A stretch of DNA of 64,000 nucleotides from Camelus dromedarius (lineage: Eukaryota), in contig NC_087437.1 of NCBI RefSeq assembly GCF_036321535.1, forward strand, positions 82,958,001 through 83,022,000. The letters are read 5' to 3'. The notes below the pieces were generated by a model. The model was not told the origin of the DNA and searched no databases. It worked only from the letters and a program-made list of their open reading frames with translations. Position numbers and translations under genes: made by a program. Numbering within the stretch: position 1 is the first letter of the stretch; the number at the start of each line of letters is the position of its first letter. Positions 40,743 to 51,670 of the stretch are shown piece by piece.

Positions 40743-41119
40743 GGGAGTGGTGTCATAAAGTGGAAATTAGAAACAGGATACCTTGGTGAAAGTACTTCTG
40801 TACCAGAGATGGTGAAGATACAATGTAAGTTTGGAACTGATGATTGAAACCTTTGTGAACCAAGTTAAAATAAGAAATTTAGGTGAGGCTTAGTACCAGA
40901 AGTGGCATTTATTATAGAAACAGAGGAGGGAGCTAGTGAGCTGAGAAACTGGGAAAGCTACCCTTTCCCTCACTTCAATAGATCCTCCTTCTAATTGAGA
41001 AAAATCTGACTTATTCAAACATAATTGGCAAAGTATTGTGCAGCCAGAACACCCAAAGGAAACTGCTTTAGGAAAACAAAAGGGCAAAAAAAGAACTGAA
41101 AATAGATACAAAGCTTCCC

Positions 41120-43817
41120 TACAGATTAAGAACACACCCTAGAAAAATATCGCTCCAAAGCAAAAGAAAAGTACAATAATACATCATTCAACATGAATAA
41201 AAGGGGAAAAATTCTTGATGCAAGTGCCGCCAGGAAGGAAGACAAAAACAAAAAACCAACCAACCAACCAACCAACCAAACAAACAAAACCAACCCACAT
41301 GATAACATACAAGGAAACTCCCATAAGCTGATTTTTCAGCAGAAACTTTGTAGGCCAGAAAGGGAGTGGCATGATATATTTAAAGTGATAAAAAAGAAAA
41401 ACCTATAACCAAGAATACTTTACTCAGCAAGGCTCTCATTCAGATTTGATGCAGAAATCAACAGCTTTAGAGACAAGCAAAAGCTAAAAGAGTTCAGCAC
41501 CATCCAGCCAGCTTTACAACAAATGTTAAAGGAGCTTCTTGAGGCAAAAAGAAAAGGCCACAACTAGAAATAAGAAAATTATGAAATAAAAAAGTTCACC
41601 AGGAAAGGCAAACATACCATAAAGGTAAGAAATCATCAACACACAAAGCTAAGAAGGTTAAAAGACAGAAGTAGTAAAATCATCTATATTCACAATGTGC
41701 AGTTAAGGGATACACAAAACAATCAGATGTAAAATATGATTTCAAAAACAGTAATCATGAGGGGAGGAGAGTAAAAATGCAGGATTTAAAAAATGCATTT
41801 GAAATTAAGAGATCAGAAACTTAAAGTGATCATTATGTATACAGACTCCTATATGAAAACCTCATGGTAACCACAAACCAAAAATCAACAGATATTCACA
41901 TATAAAAGAAAAAGGAATCTAAACATAACACTAATGATTGTCATCAAATCACAAAAGAAGAGAACAAAATAAGAAGGTAAAAACAAACAAACAAAAAGAT
42001 CTACAAAAAAAACCCCTAAAACAACTAACATACATATTGAAAACTACCTTAAATGTAGACAGACTTAATGCTCCAACCAAAAGACAGCCTAACCTTACAC
42101 CTAAAGCAACTAGAGAAAAAAGAACAAACAAAACCCAAAGTTAGTAGAAGGAAAGAAATCATAAAGATCAGACTGGCTGAATGGGTACAAAAGACTCACT
42201 TCAGATATATGCTGCCTACGAGAGACTCACTTCAGATCTAGAGTCACATACAGACTGAAAGCGAGGGGATGGGAAAAGGTATTCCAAGCAAATGGAAATC
42301 AAAAGAAAGCCAGTGTAGCAATACTTATATCAGACAAAACAGACTTTTAAAAAAAGCCAGTTACAAGAGAGGAAGAAGAACACTACAAAATGATCAAAGG
42401 ATCAATCCAAGAAGAAGATACAACAATTGTAAATATATATACACCCAACATATGAGCACCTAAATATATAAGGCAAATATTAACAGACATAAAAGGAGAA
42501 ATCAGTAGTAACACAATAATAGTAGAGGACTTTAAAACCCCATCTTCATCAATGGACAGATCATCCAGACAAAAAAATCAATAAGGAAACACTGGCCTTA
42601 AACAACACCAAACAGACTTGATATTTATAGAACATTCCACCCCAAAGCAGCAGAATACACAATTTTTTCATGTGCACATGGAACATTCTCCAGGATAGAT
42701 AACATCCTAGACTACAGCACAAGCCTTAGTAAATGTAAGAAAACTGAAATCATGTCAAACATCTTTTCTGACTACAATGCTATGATACTAGGAAGCAACT
42801 ACAAGAAAAAAAAACTGCAAAAATACAAACACGTGGAGGCTAAACAATATCTACTGAACAAGCAATGGACCACTGAAGAAATTAAAAAGGAAATAAAAAA
42901 ATACCTAGAGACAAATGGAAATGAAAATACAATGATCCAAAACCTATGGTACCACAGCAAAAGCACTTCTAGAGGAAAGTTTATCGCTATAAAGTTTACC
43001 TCAGGAAATAAGAAAAACCTCAAATTAACAGCCTAACCTTACACCTAAAGCAACTAGAGAAAAAAGAACAAACAAAACCCAAAGTTAGTAGAAGGAAAGA
43101 AATCATAAAGATCAGAGCAGAAATAAATGAAATAAAGATTTTTTAAAAATATAAAATATCAGTGAAACTATAAGCTGGTTCTTTGAAAAGATAAACAAAA
43201 TTGATAAACCTGTAGCCAGACTCATCAAGAAAAAAGGGAGAGGGCCCAAAGCAGTAAAATCAGAAATAAAAAAGGAGAAGTCACAACTGATATCACAGAA
43301 ATACACAGGATCACAAGAAATTACTACAAACAACTACATGCCAAGGAAACAGACAACCTAGAAGAAATGGACAAATTCTTAGAAAGGTACAATCTCTCAA
43401 TTCTGAACAAGGAGGAAGTACAAAATATGAACAGATTAATTACCAGTATTGAAAATGAATCAGTGATTAAACAACTCTCAACAAACAGAAGTTCAGGACC
43501 AGATGGCTTCACAGTGAATTCTACCAAACATTTAGTGAAGAGTTAACATTTATCCTTCTTAAACTATTTCAAAAAATTGCAGAAGAAGGAACATTTACAA
43601 ACTCATTCTATGAGTCCAGCCTCACCCTGATACCAAAACCAGACAAAGACTACTATATGACCCAGCAATTCTACTCCCAGGTATATCTGAAAAAAACAAA
43701 AACACTAATTTGAAAAGATATATGCACCCTAATGTTCCTAGCAGCATTATTTACAATTGCCAAGGTACAGAAGCAACCTAAGTTCCATCAACAGATGACT
43801 GGATAAAGACAACACAG

Positions 43818-43883
<66 letters not shown>

Positions 43884-44240
43884 ATGGAATACTACTCAGC
43901 CATAAAAAGGAATGAAATACTGACATTTGCAGCAATGTGGAATGACTTGGAGGGCATTATGCCAAATGACATAAGTCAGAGAAAGACAAATACGATGTGA
44001 TATTTATCTTAAAATCTAAAAAATACAAGAAACTGGTGAATGTAATAATAATAACAAGCAGACTCACAGATATAGAGAACAAATTAGTGGTTACCAGTGG
44101 GGACGGCTTGGAGGAGTGGGAGGTACAACCTACTGGCTGTAAGACAGACTATAGGGACGTACTGTACAGCGTAGGAAATTTAGCCAACATTTTTTAATAA
44201 CTGTAAACAGACTGTAACCTTTAAAAAAAAAATAAATACA
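41120..44240 (+). mobile_element. 5'-truncated, internally deleted LINE-1 (ORF1 end, endonuclease, start of RT, 3' end)
   Basis: L1 ORF1/ORF2 nucleotide motifs; jump from early RT sequence to the ORF2 C-terminus at about 43650; (CA)n at 43821-43881. Confidence 0.9.
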
Positions 44241-46084
44241 TGAACCCAGGGAAGACATGGCCAACAAAGGGAAGGTGATGGTCAGTCAGTAGGAAGATTT
44301 GAAATGGTACCTAATAAAATTTAGGAAAGAAATAGAATACACAGAATCATTTCATAAAAAAAATAAATTAAAAGAACATAAGGAGAAATAGATTCTATAG
44401 AGAGCACAGCAGGACACAGAGTACCTGCAGAAAAAATGAAGTAAAAGAGAAATAAGCAAAAAGATTTTTTTAAATGAAAGTTGTAAAAGATAAGCAGAAA
44501 TGATTCAAAATATGAATAACTGGAGTTCTTCCATTTGGAGGAAATCCAAAAGAATGGAGTAACACAAACTTTAGACAATGCTCTGAAATAAGACTTGTAT
44601 TTTGATATTAAAAGGCATATTGGAGACATGGGAAAGACTGTCTCAGAACGATGAACACCAAGACATATGCTATTAACACACATCCTGCAAACACCAGATG
44701 GAGACTGCTCACACTAGAAGCACACTCTGGGCATCTGGGCAAAAACGTTCACTTCCAAGGGAAGGAAAACCAAGCTGGCACAGCTACAGTCAATACTAAC
44801 AGAAATGCAACAATACTTAGACACTAAAGGGAAGTTTGAGCCAAGGATTTTAAATCCATCCAAGATGTTCTTCAAGTGTCGAAGCTACCGGCAAGAAGTC
44901 CTGCCAACTCAGGGACTGAGGGAATACTGTCCACGCTAAGCCTTACTGAAGAACCTCCCAAAGAACAAAACTGACCCAACTAGAAAATGATCAGGGAAAC
45001 TTTAGCAAAAGTCCTGAGGTTGAATATATTCCTCGGTGAAACTAGGACACAAACAAGGGCTAACATAAGGGTTACAAAATACAATGTAAATATGATGTTT
45101 GTATTTACATAAACTTTCACTATGGAGGCTGTTATATTAAAAATTATAGTCCTTATATTTTTATTCTAGTCACTGCCTTTATAATTAGACTTTTTATATA
45201 ATACTCTTAAGACCTTTCTTCAGACAGTATCTATTGATTCCTACTGTGAACATCAAATGAATTAGCTTATACCTTCTTCCTGTCTTTTCTCCATAGCTTT
45301 CTCTACTCAATTTTAGACAATATCATTATTTGTTACGGGATGACTTGTGTCCTCCCAAAATGCATGAGGCATGTACATGCTTAATTTTATAATAAAATGA
45401 CATATCTTTTTCCAAAGTGTTTGTACCACTTTATATTCTCACCAAAAGTGTATGAGAGATTCAGTTATCTCACCACCTTGCCAGCTTATCGTGTTGACAG
45501 TCATTTTAATTTTAGCCATTCTGAGTGTGTAGTCAATGGTATCTCATTGTGATTTTGGTTTGCATTTCCCAATGACTAACGATGTTAAGTAAGTTTTATG
45601 TATGTTCCCATGTTTTTCCTCATGGCTGAAGCTTACTCTTTAGTGCTAAATTGTCTAAACCCTCAAAATTCTGTTAGGATTATGACCAAAATTGTTCTAG
45701 ACTTCTGACTTGGGAGGTGTCACAATTTTCATATTTAATCTTTTTTCTCCTCTTTCCATTATTCAAAGCTTCTTTCTTTCAGGAAATATTTTAATTTTAC
45801 TTTATATAGATTCCAAGCTAGTTCTGTGAGGATTATTCCTAGGTATTTCATGTATTTGTGAGTATCATAAATAATATATCTTTAAAAATACTTTATTTAT
45901 TGATACTATATAAGAAAGGTTAAATTGTAGATATTTATCCTGCATCCAGCCACATCATTAAACATTCTTATAGGTTATAATAGTTATAACAGTTTTTCAG
46001 TTCTTGTTATAATCGTATCACATTCAGTGTTTTTCCAAACAGATACATCTTCCTTTCCTTCAGCTTTTCTATTGCATCATCTTT

Positions 46085-46295
46085 AATAGTGGTGCTTAAA
46101 CAGGGTTAATTTTTACCTCTCAAGAGACACTTGGCAATGTCTGGAAACAGTTTGTCACAACTGGAGAAGGTTCTACTTGGTAGGTAGAGGCCAGGGATGT
46201 TGCTAGATATCTTACAATGCATAGGATGACCCCACATAACAAAGGTCATTTGCCTCAAAATGTCAATAGTACTGGGGTTGAGAAACCCTGCTTGA
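46085..46295. mobile_element. MER20 element
   Basis: ttggcaatgtctgga.aca.ttt.tcacaactgg...ggtagaggccagggatgttgcta...tgtcaatagt....ggttgagaaaccctg. Confidence 0.8.
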
Positions 46296-46627
46296 GAATG
46301 TCCAGAAAGCCAGTAAGTAGTGTGGAGGAAAATGTAATCTTGTCTTACTCCCAATTTAATGTGATTGTCTCTCAGATTAATAAGCATAAAATTGGATATA
46401 AGTTGGTAATTATGAAAGTAGGAATTTATTTAAGAATGCTTTGTAAACTAGTATTTCTCCAGTGGTGACAAGCTCGTCTTGGCGGTGATTTTCAAGATGT
46501 GTGACTTGTAGAAAAGGTGTGCAGAAGTTGGAAAAGAAGTCTACTATGTGCTTGACTGTTGCCTGAGTGCATACCCTTCCCACTGGAATTACTAAAGCTT
46601 AAAGCACTATAGGAGGTTAGTTAGTAT

Positions 46628-46867
46628 ATGTGGAATTAAAAAAAAATGCGAGTGAATTTATTTACAAACCAGAAAAAGACTCCAGACATAGACAACAAAT
46701 TTATGGTTACCAAAGGGGAAAGTCAGGGGAGGGATAAATTAAGAGTTCAGGATTAACATATACATATTACTACATATAAAATAGATAAACAACAATGACC
46801 TACTTTATAGCACAGGGAACCAATTCAGTATCTTGTAATAACCTATAAAGGAAAAGAATCTGAAAAA

Positions 46868-46959
<92 letters not shown>

Positions 46960-47030
46960 GGAAATCACTTTGCTGGACATCTGAAACTAACACAATATTA
47001 AAATCAATTACATTTCAATTTAAAAGAAGT
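46628..47030 (+). mobile_element. L1 3' end with internal (TA)n(TG)n microsatellite
   Basis: atgtggaat...gggataaatt.agagtt..ggattaaca...tatagcacagggaac; repeat at 46870-46958. Confidence 0.85.
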
Positions 47031-48261
47031 ACAGAGCATAGCAAAATTATGAAAAAATCTCAGCTATTTATTTTTCAACAATAACAAAAAAGGTTAGAAT
47101 CAGCCAGGCTACTTTGGATTTGCATGTAAAGCCCATGCCCTTATATTTTGCTGTTAAAACAATAATGTTATTCACAGTGAAGGTCTTATTAATATGTCAG
47201 TTTTTCTTTTTAAGTAATGCCTTTTATGGCAAACTTTTTCATCCTTGATGCTCTAAAATTTCACCATAGTGGTTCTTTCTCAATGTCTTTCCTCCTGGAG
47301 CTCTAGTTAGATCTTTTGTTGGAATTCCATGTCTTAACATTTTAAATACTGTTTCTTTACTGCTTTGTCAGAGAATTTTTTGGCTTACTTCTGGATCACT
47401 TGTTTGATTAGCTGTGTTTATTTGAATAATCAACCCATTTGTTAACTTGAATTTCTCCAAGGTAGTTCTTTCCTATGACCACCTGTTCTTGTTTCCAACA
47501 AGATTCTTTTAAGAATAAATGTTTTAAGATTCTGTCGCAATTTCAGTAATCTGTTTTCTTGTTATAAGTGTTTCTGTTACGTATTGGCTTTCCTCACGTT
47601 TCAGAAGTGGCACTACTTACTATACAAATACACAATCTGAGCAGGTGCTGTTTTTAGATACTTTACATATTAATTTACTCAATCGTCTTGTTAACTTTAT
47701 GAACTATATAATATTAATCGTACTTTACAGATGACTAAACTGCATCAATGAGTGAGGTAAATAAAAACTTACTCAAGGCCATGGAGCTAGTAAGTTTTGC
47801 AGCCAGGGCACAATCCTATACAGCCTGCTTTCTTCCCAGGTGGTACTTGCCACCTGAAGCCCTTGGGTCTGATCCAAGCTTGCATGCTCACTGTTTTCTG
47901 CTGAAAGCAATCACCCCAGTAGCTGCTAGACGGTCTACAGTGTAGAAGGTAGGGGCATCCAAACTTGTCTGTAGTGTCTTACTTGCTTATGTACCTTCCT
48001 GTTCCCTTCTCCTACCTCCTGCCAGGAACCTAAGGTTTTACTACTTAATTTCTACTCTATCCACTTGGATTGGCTAGATTTACCAAATCCTGCCTCTGTC
48101 TCTGGGTGTTGTTGGAAACAGAGGAGGCCTTTTTTTTTTTTTTTTTAATCTAATGCACCTACTGTCCCTCAGGAAGCTTTCACCAAACTCACATTAATGG
48201 AACTAACCCTTCTTGTACTCCGACAGCAATCTCCTTACACATGATTATAATGCAAAACAGG

Positions 48262-48267
48262 TTTATT
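48262..48267 (-). terminator. Polyadenylation signal AATAAA of the FTDC-like gene
   Basis: AATAAA on the minus strand about 70 nt after the stop codon. Confidence 0.7.
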
Positions 48268-48335
48268 TGCATGCCAACACTGAGGATTAGGATTCTAGAT
48301 GAAAAGGAAAGCAGTCTTCTGTTAAATGGAGACGA

Positions 48336-48551
48336 TCAAGATTCTGGGCTTGGGACCTGCTGGGTGGGAAGACGTGCTGTGTTGCCTTCAGGTGTCTCTT
48401 TACCTGATGCTTCAGATGCCACAGCAGCCTTTTCATCCTGTCCTTCATTCTTTGCCATCTTCTCTAATTCCTCCTGATAGCCAAGCTGGTATTCCAGATA
48501 GCTTATGTTCCTGATCTGTTCATCCAGGAACTTCTTCATGAAACGTGCGAG
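48336..48551 (-). CDS. FTDC1: FTDC-like coding exon 4 (71 aa plus stop; helix D and low-complexity tail)
   Basis: Acceptor ttttatttctgtag|CTC; LARFMKKFLDEQ matches ferritin LCDFIETHYLNEQ; TGA at 48338-48336; overlaps ORF-track 48336..48539. Confidence 0.88.
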   Translation of the reverse strand, partial: LARFMKKFLDEQIRNISYLEYQLGYQEELEKMAKNEGQDEKAAVASEASGKETPEGNTARLPTQQVPSPES

Positions 48552-51482
48552 CTACAGAAATAAAATGGGGGTCAACTCACTAAGGACTTTGTCTGCAATG
48601 GGAGGCAATCTAAGATCTTGCTACCCAAATTATAGCTAATGGGCCAGCAGTCCTAGGAGCTTGTCAGAAATGCATTATATTGAATCCCTTCCAGACCTAC
48701 CAAATCAGCATCTGCATTTTAAAAAGGGACTAGGTGATTCATATGCATATTGAAGTTCAAAGAGCACCCACCTATGACATTCAGGACCTCCAGATGAATA
48801 CAGATAGCCACCTTCAATGAATATGAGTGTTAAGGCATCTCATCAAAAATGCAGATTAATTTAAGTAATAAGCTACTACAGCAATGGTTTTCTACTCTAT
48901 TTGAATAATGTGTAAATCTTGAGTAGGCTCCCAGACCCCATTCCCAGGGATTTAGATTAAAGTAGTCTGGTGTAGGGCTCCCATTTGATCCTTTTCAGAG
49001 TTCCTCAGAGAGTCCAATGAGCATCTAGGTTAGTAACTTTTCTACGAGGGCCTTTTCTTCATTTTGACTTCCAGAGAAGCTAGGTTGGTGAAAAATAAGT
49101 TACCACTGCAAGGGAGAGTGCTCACCATTAACCAGGAAGACTTCAGAGGAGTCTACACAATAGGTCACCTTAAACATTCACTTTTGTAGGGGCAATCTAA
49201 GACAGCAGATCTCAAGGCTGTGCTTCTTTAAATATCCAGAGTCCATTATTCCTGAGAAGTCTTATTCATCATGTTCTGCATTGCATTCCTCCTTACCAGG
49301 GTACCTACTCCTCCCACCTCCCACCTACTCCCAGAAATAAGTTCATGTACTTCTTTGGAGGAAAATAAACACATTAGATAATCCACTGTCTTAGGCTCAT
49401 CTCTCAGAAGCAAGTCATTATCTAGAAGGGAAAGATGACAGTGCTTTCAGAACCAGCTTACTACTTACACTGGCTTGTTTCTTCCGAGAAGCCAAGGCCT
49501 TCAGGTCTTGCAGAAGGCTGCTTAACGTATTCTCCAACTGCAGGGCAGACTCGATAGCTTTTTTGCCAGTTCCCCAGTTTTCTATATCCAGCCTCTGTTG
49601 GAGAGGAACAGGGGAGTCACTATCCTACCTGAGGCATAGCTTGGTTACTTCCTACTTCCTGGGTAGAATTAGAACTAGGTTCGCAGAGGCCAATAGTTCC
49701 CACACTTTGTGACACAACAGACTCAGCAGAGCACCTTAAATACTGATGTCTGGCTTTCAACTGCAGACATTCTGACTTAATTAGTAAGGAGGGGCAGGAG
49801 TTTTAAAAGCTCTCCAGGTGGCTTTAATGTTGTACAAAGCCCGGGTACCACCAGCACAGCTGTATGCACTATGCCTTTAGCTCTGGGACTTCATTAGCTT
49901 TGGACGGTGTTGAGTTCTGTACCACCAGATATTTAGTTTGCTTTATAGACCTTGAGTTAAAAGAACCCCTCAGGTAGGTAGGAATGTTTCTAAATGTAAT
50001 CCCCCCAACTAAGGTTCACATTGTTTCTTTCGAGTGTCTGTTCTAGTGAAAAAAATTTTGTTTTACTACATTGAAGAGACAGCTATATTAAGCACCCCAG
50101 TGTGCCTCTGAATTAGACTTAAGGTCTAACAGAGGATGCTAACAGCTCTAGGAAGAGACCATTAGAGTAATGAGTCTCAAACTGTACAGAGGATTAGAAT
50201 CACCTGGAGAGCTTGTAAACTACGGATCGTTGTGCCCCAGCCTTAGAGAATCTGATTCAGTTTATCAGAGTGGGGTCCCTGAATTTGCATTTCTAATGAA
50301 TTCCCAGGTGCTGCTGGTGCTGCTAGTCCAGAGACCACACTTTGAATGGCTCATTGAGAAAAGCCAAACAAGCATTTAGAGACTAAAATTTACTCAAAAT
50401 GATATGAAGAGGCTACAGAGAAGACACATGCTTACCTTCAAGGTCAGTTGCTATAATACTCATGTAGGAACATGAGTAACCTAACAAGTTAGGTAGCATC
50501 TCATAATTTAGTTCTCTAGACCCAGTAAAGGCCCCACGGAGATCACCGGAACAAAGTTACATAGTCACCTTAATCACCGGAAGGCAGACTTTACACTTAT
50601 ATTTTTTTAGATATCTTATGAACTGCTTCGCATGTTCCCTCTTCACCTCAGCTTGGTCTTCGAAGAATGTGAGAAAAGCAGGTGTTTCTTTGTCTTCAGT
50701 GTAATAACAGGTCTGGGACAGGGAGAAGAATGGGGAGAGACTGGAGGTGAGAGAAGCTGATTTTCAAGACTGTAATCTCACACAAACTCACTTTGCTGTC
50801 TCTGTGGTTGTCTGAAAGAGGCCTTCTGTGTTCAGTCCAGAGTCCTTGGTTTGTTCTTTGACTTCCAGAAGGCCCCAGTTGCCTCCCAGGCTACCTCAAA
50901 GAGAAACCATCCAGATTGTGATATGCTGGTGCCCAATATTTGCCTATTAGGCCTCTTTAAGGGTCAGATTTGAGAACCCTACATGGTAGCCCTATGTCCA
51001 GTAATCATGCAGACAATTGGCGGAAGTCCAGCATGAATTGACATTTTAAAGTTAATCTATTTCACTAATCCTAACACGTCTACATTGGCTCTAAAATAGC
51101 AGATGGTTGAAAAATTATTTATACCAGTGTCTGATGTGCATAAAAGCTTTGGGAATCCTCTGAAAAGAACTGCAGTTCTCCCAATATAAGCCCATAGTTT
51201 GCAACCCCAACTCTAAATCACTAGGCCACAGAGCAGCAAAGTCTCAGCCACTAAATTGTTTTTTCAAGTAGTATCAAACCACAAATATGGCCGTCACCAC
51301 AATTAGTAAGGATATAGAAGATACATTATCCAGATTAGCGCCAAAACATTCCTCATAGTGGCTCAAGGAACTATACTGACCATAGATACATAAGCATCAC
51401 TGACATTCAGCTCATAAGATGCTACTTGATTAAGAGCAACCCTACATTCTTCAGGGAGAAGGCCCTCTGCCTTGGATTCCAT
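48336..51482 (-). CDS. FTDC1: Ferritin-domain-containing protein (FTDC1/FTDC2 family), 4 coding exons, 195 aa: MESKAEGLLPEECRVALNQVASYELNVSDAYVSM/TCYYTEDKETPAFLTFFEDQAEVKREHAKQFIRYLKKYKCKVCLPVIK/RLDIENWGTGKKAIESALQLENTLSSLLQDLKALASRKKQAS/LARFMKKFLDEQIRNISYLEYQLGYQEELEKMAKNEGQDEKAAVASEASGKETPEGNTARLPTQQVPSPES
   Basis: Manual minus-strand translation. Three GT-AG phase-0 introns (668, 974, 917 nt) and no stops or frameshifts. Exon peptides align to ferritin H: ELYASYVYLSM~ELNVSDAYVSM; EEREHAEKL~VKREHAKQF; WESGLNAMECALHLEK~WGTGKKAIESALQLEN; YLNEQVK~FLDEQIR. The ferritin fold is secure. The FTDC family name is from recall, and FTDC1 versus FTDC2 cannot be resolved here. Confidence 0.85.
48640..48770. 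mobile_element. MER5A-like element in FTDC intron 3
   Basis: ggagcttgt.agaaatgca...ccagacctac..aatcag.atctgcattttaa...ggtgattcatatgca.att.aagtt. Confidence 0.7.
49469..49594 (-). CDS. FTDC1: FTDC-like coding exon 3 (42 aa, helix C)
   Basis: Acceptor cctctccaacag|AGG, donor AGT|gtaagt; 126 nt, the same length as ferritin exon 3; W-x-x-G...ALxLE motif. Confidence 0.9.
50165..50350. mobile_element. MER5A-like element in FTDC intron 2
   Basis: tctcaaact...attagaatcacctggagagcttgt...tctgattcagt...gaatttgcatttctaa...cagagaccacactttgaa. Confidence 0.75.
50569..50712 (-). CDS. FTDC1: FTDC-like coding exon 2 (48 aa, helix B and loop)
   Basis: Acceptor tcttctccctgtcccag|ACC, donor AAG|gtgact; 144 nt (FTH1 exon 2 is 147 nt); REHA motif. 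Confidence 0.9.
51381..51482 (-). CDS. FTDC1: FTDC-like coding exon 1 (34 aa, helix A)
   Basis: ATG in good context (gctgagATGG); ends TCTATG|gtcagt donor at the same YxSM| position as ferritin exon 1; 102 nt. Confidence 0.88.
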
Positions 51483-51670
51483 CTCAGCTTCAGGAAAAAC
51501 CAGGCATAAAAAGTGGTACCCATTCAGGTAAGAGACTTCTTAAATACTAGCAGGCATATAGCCAGCCAACTTCTATCCAGCTGAAAACAAGAGAAAATTC
51601 CACGCAGCTGAGATGAACAGTTACTAGCCTACTAATGAGGACATGGTTTCTGAATGATAGAACCAATCTG
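51483..51670 (-). promoter_or_regulatory. Putative proximal promoter and 5' UTR of the FTDC-like gene
   Basis: TATTTAA at 51546-51540 (about 60 nt upstream of the ATG), CAGCTG E-boxes at 51578-51583 and 51605-51610, CCAAT at 51663-51667. Motif inspection only. Confidence 0.45.

Noticed and set aside
51390..51412. CAGTGA inside FTDC exon 1 as an iron-responsive element
   Set aside because: The flanks (AATGT / TGCTT) do not form the 5-bp IRE stem, and it lies in coding sequence.
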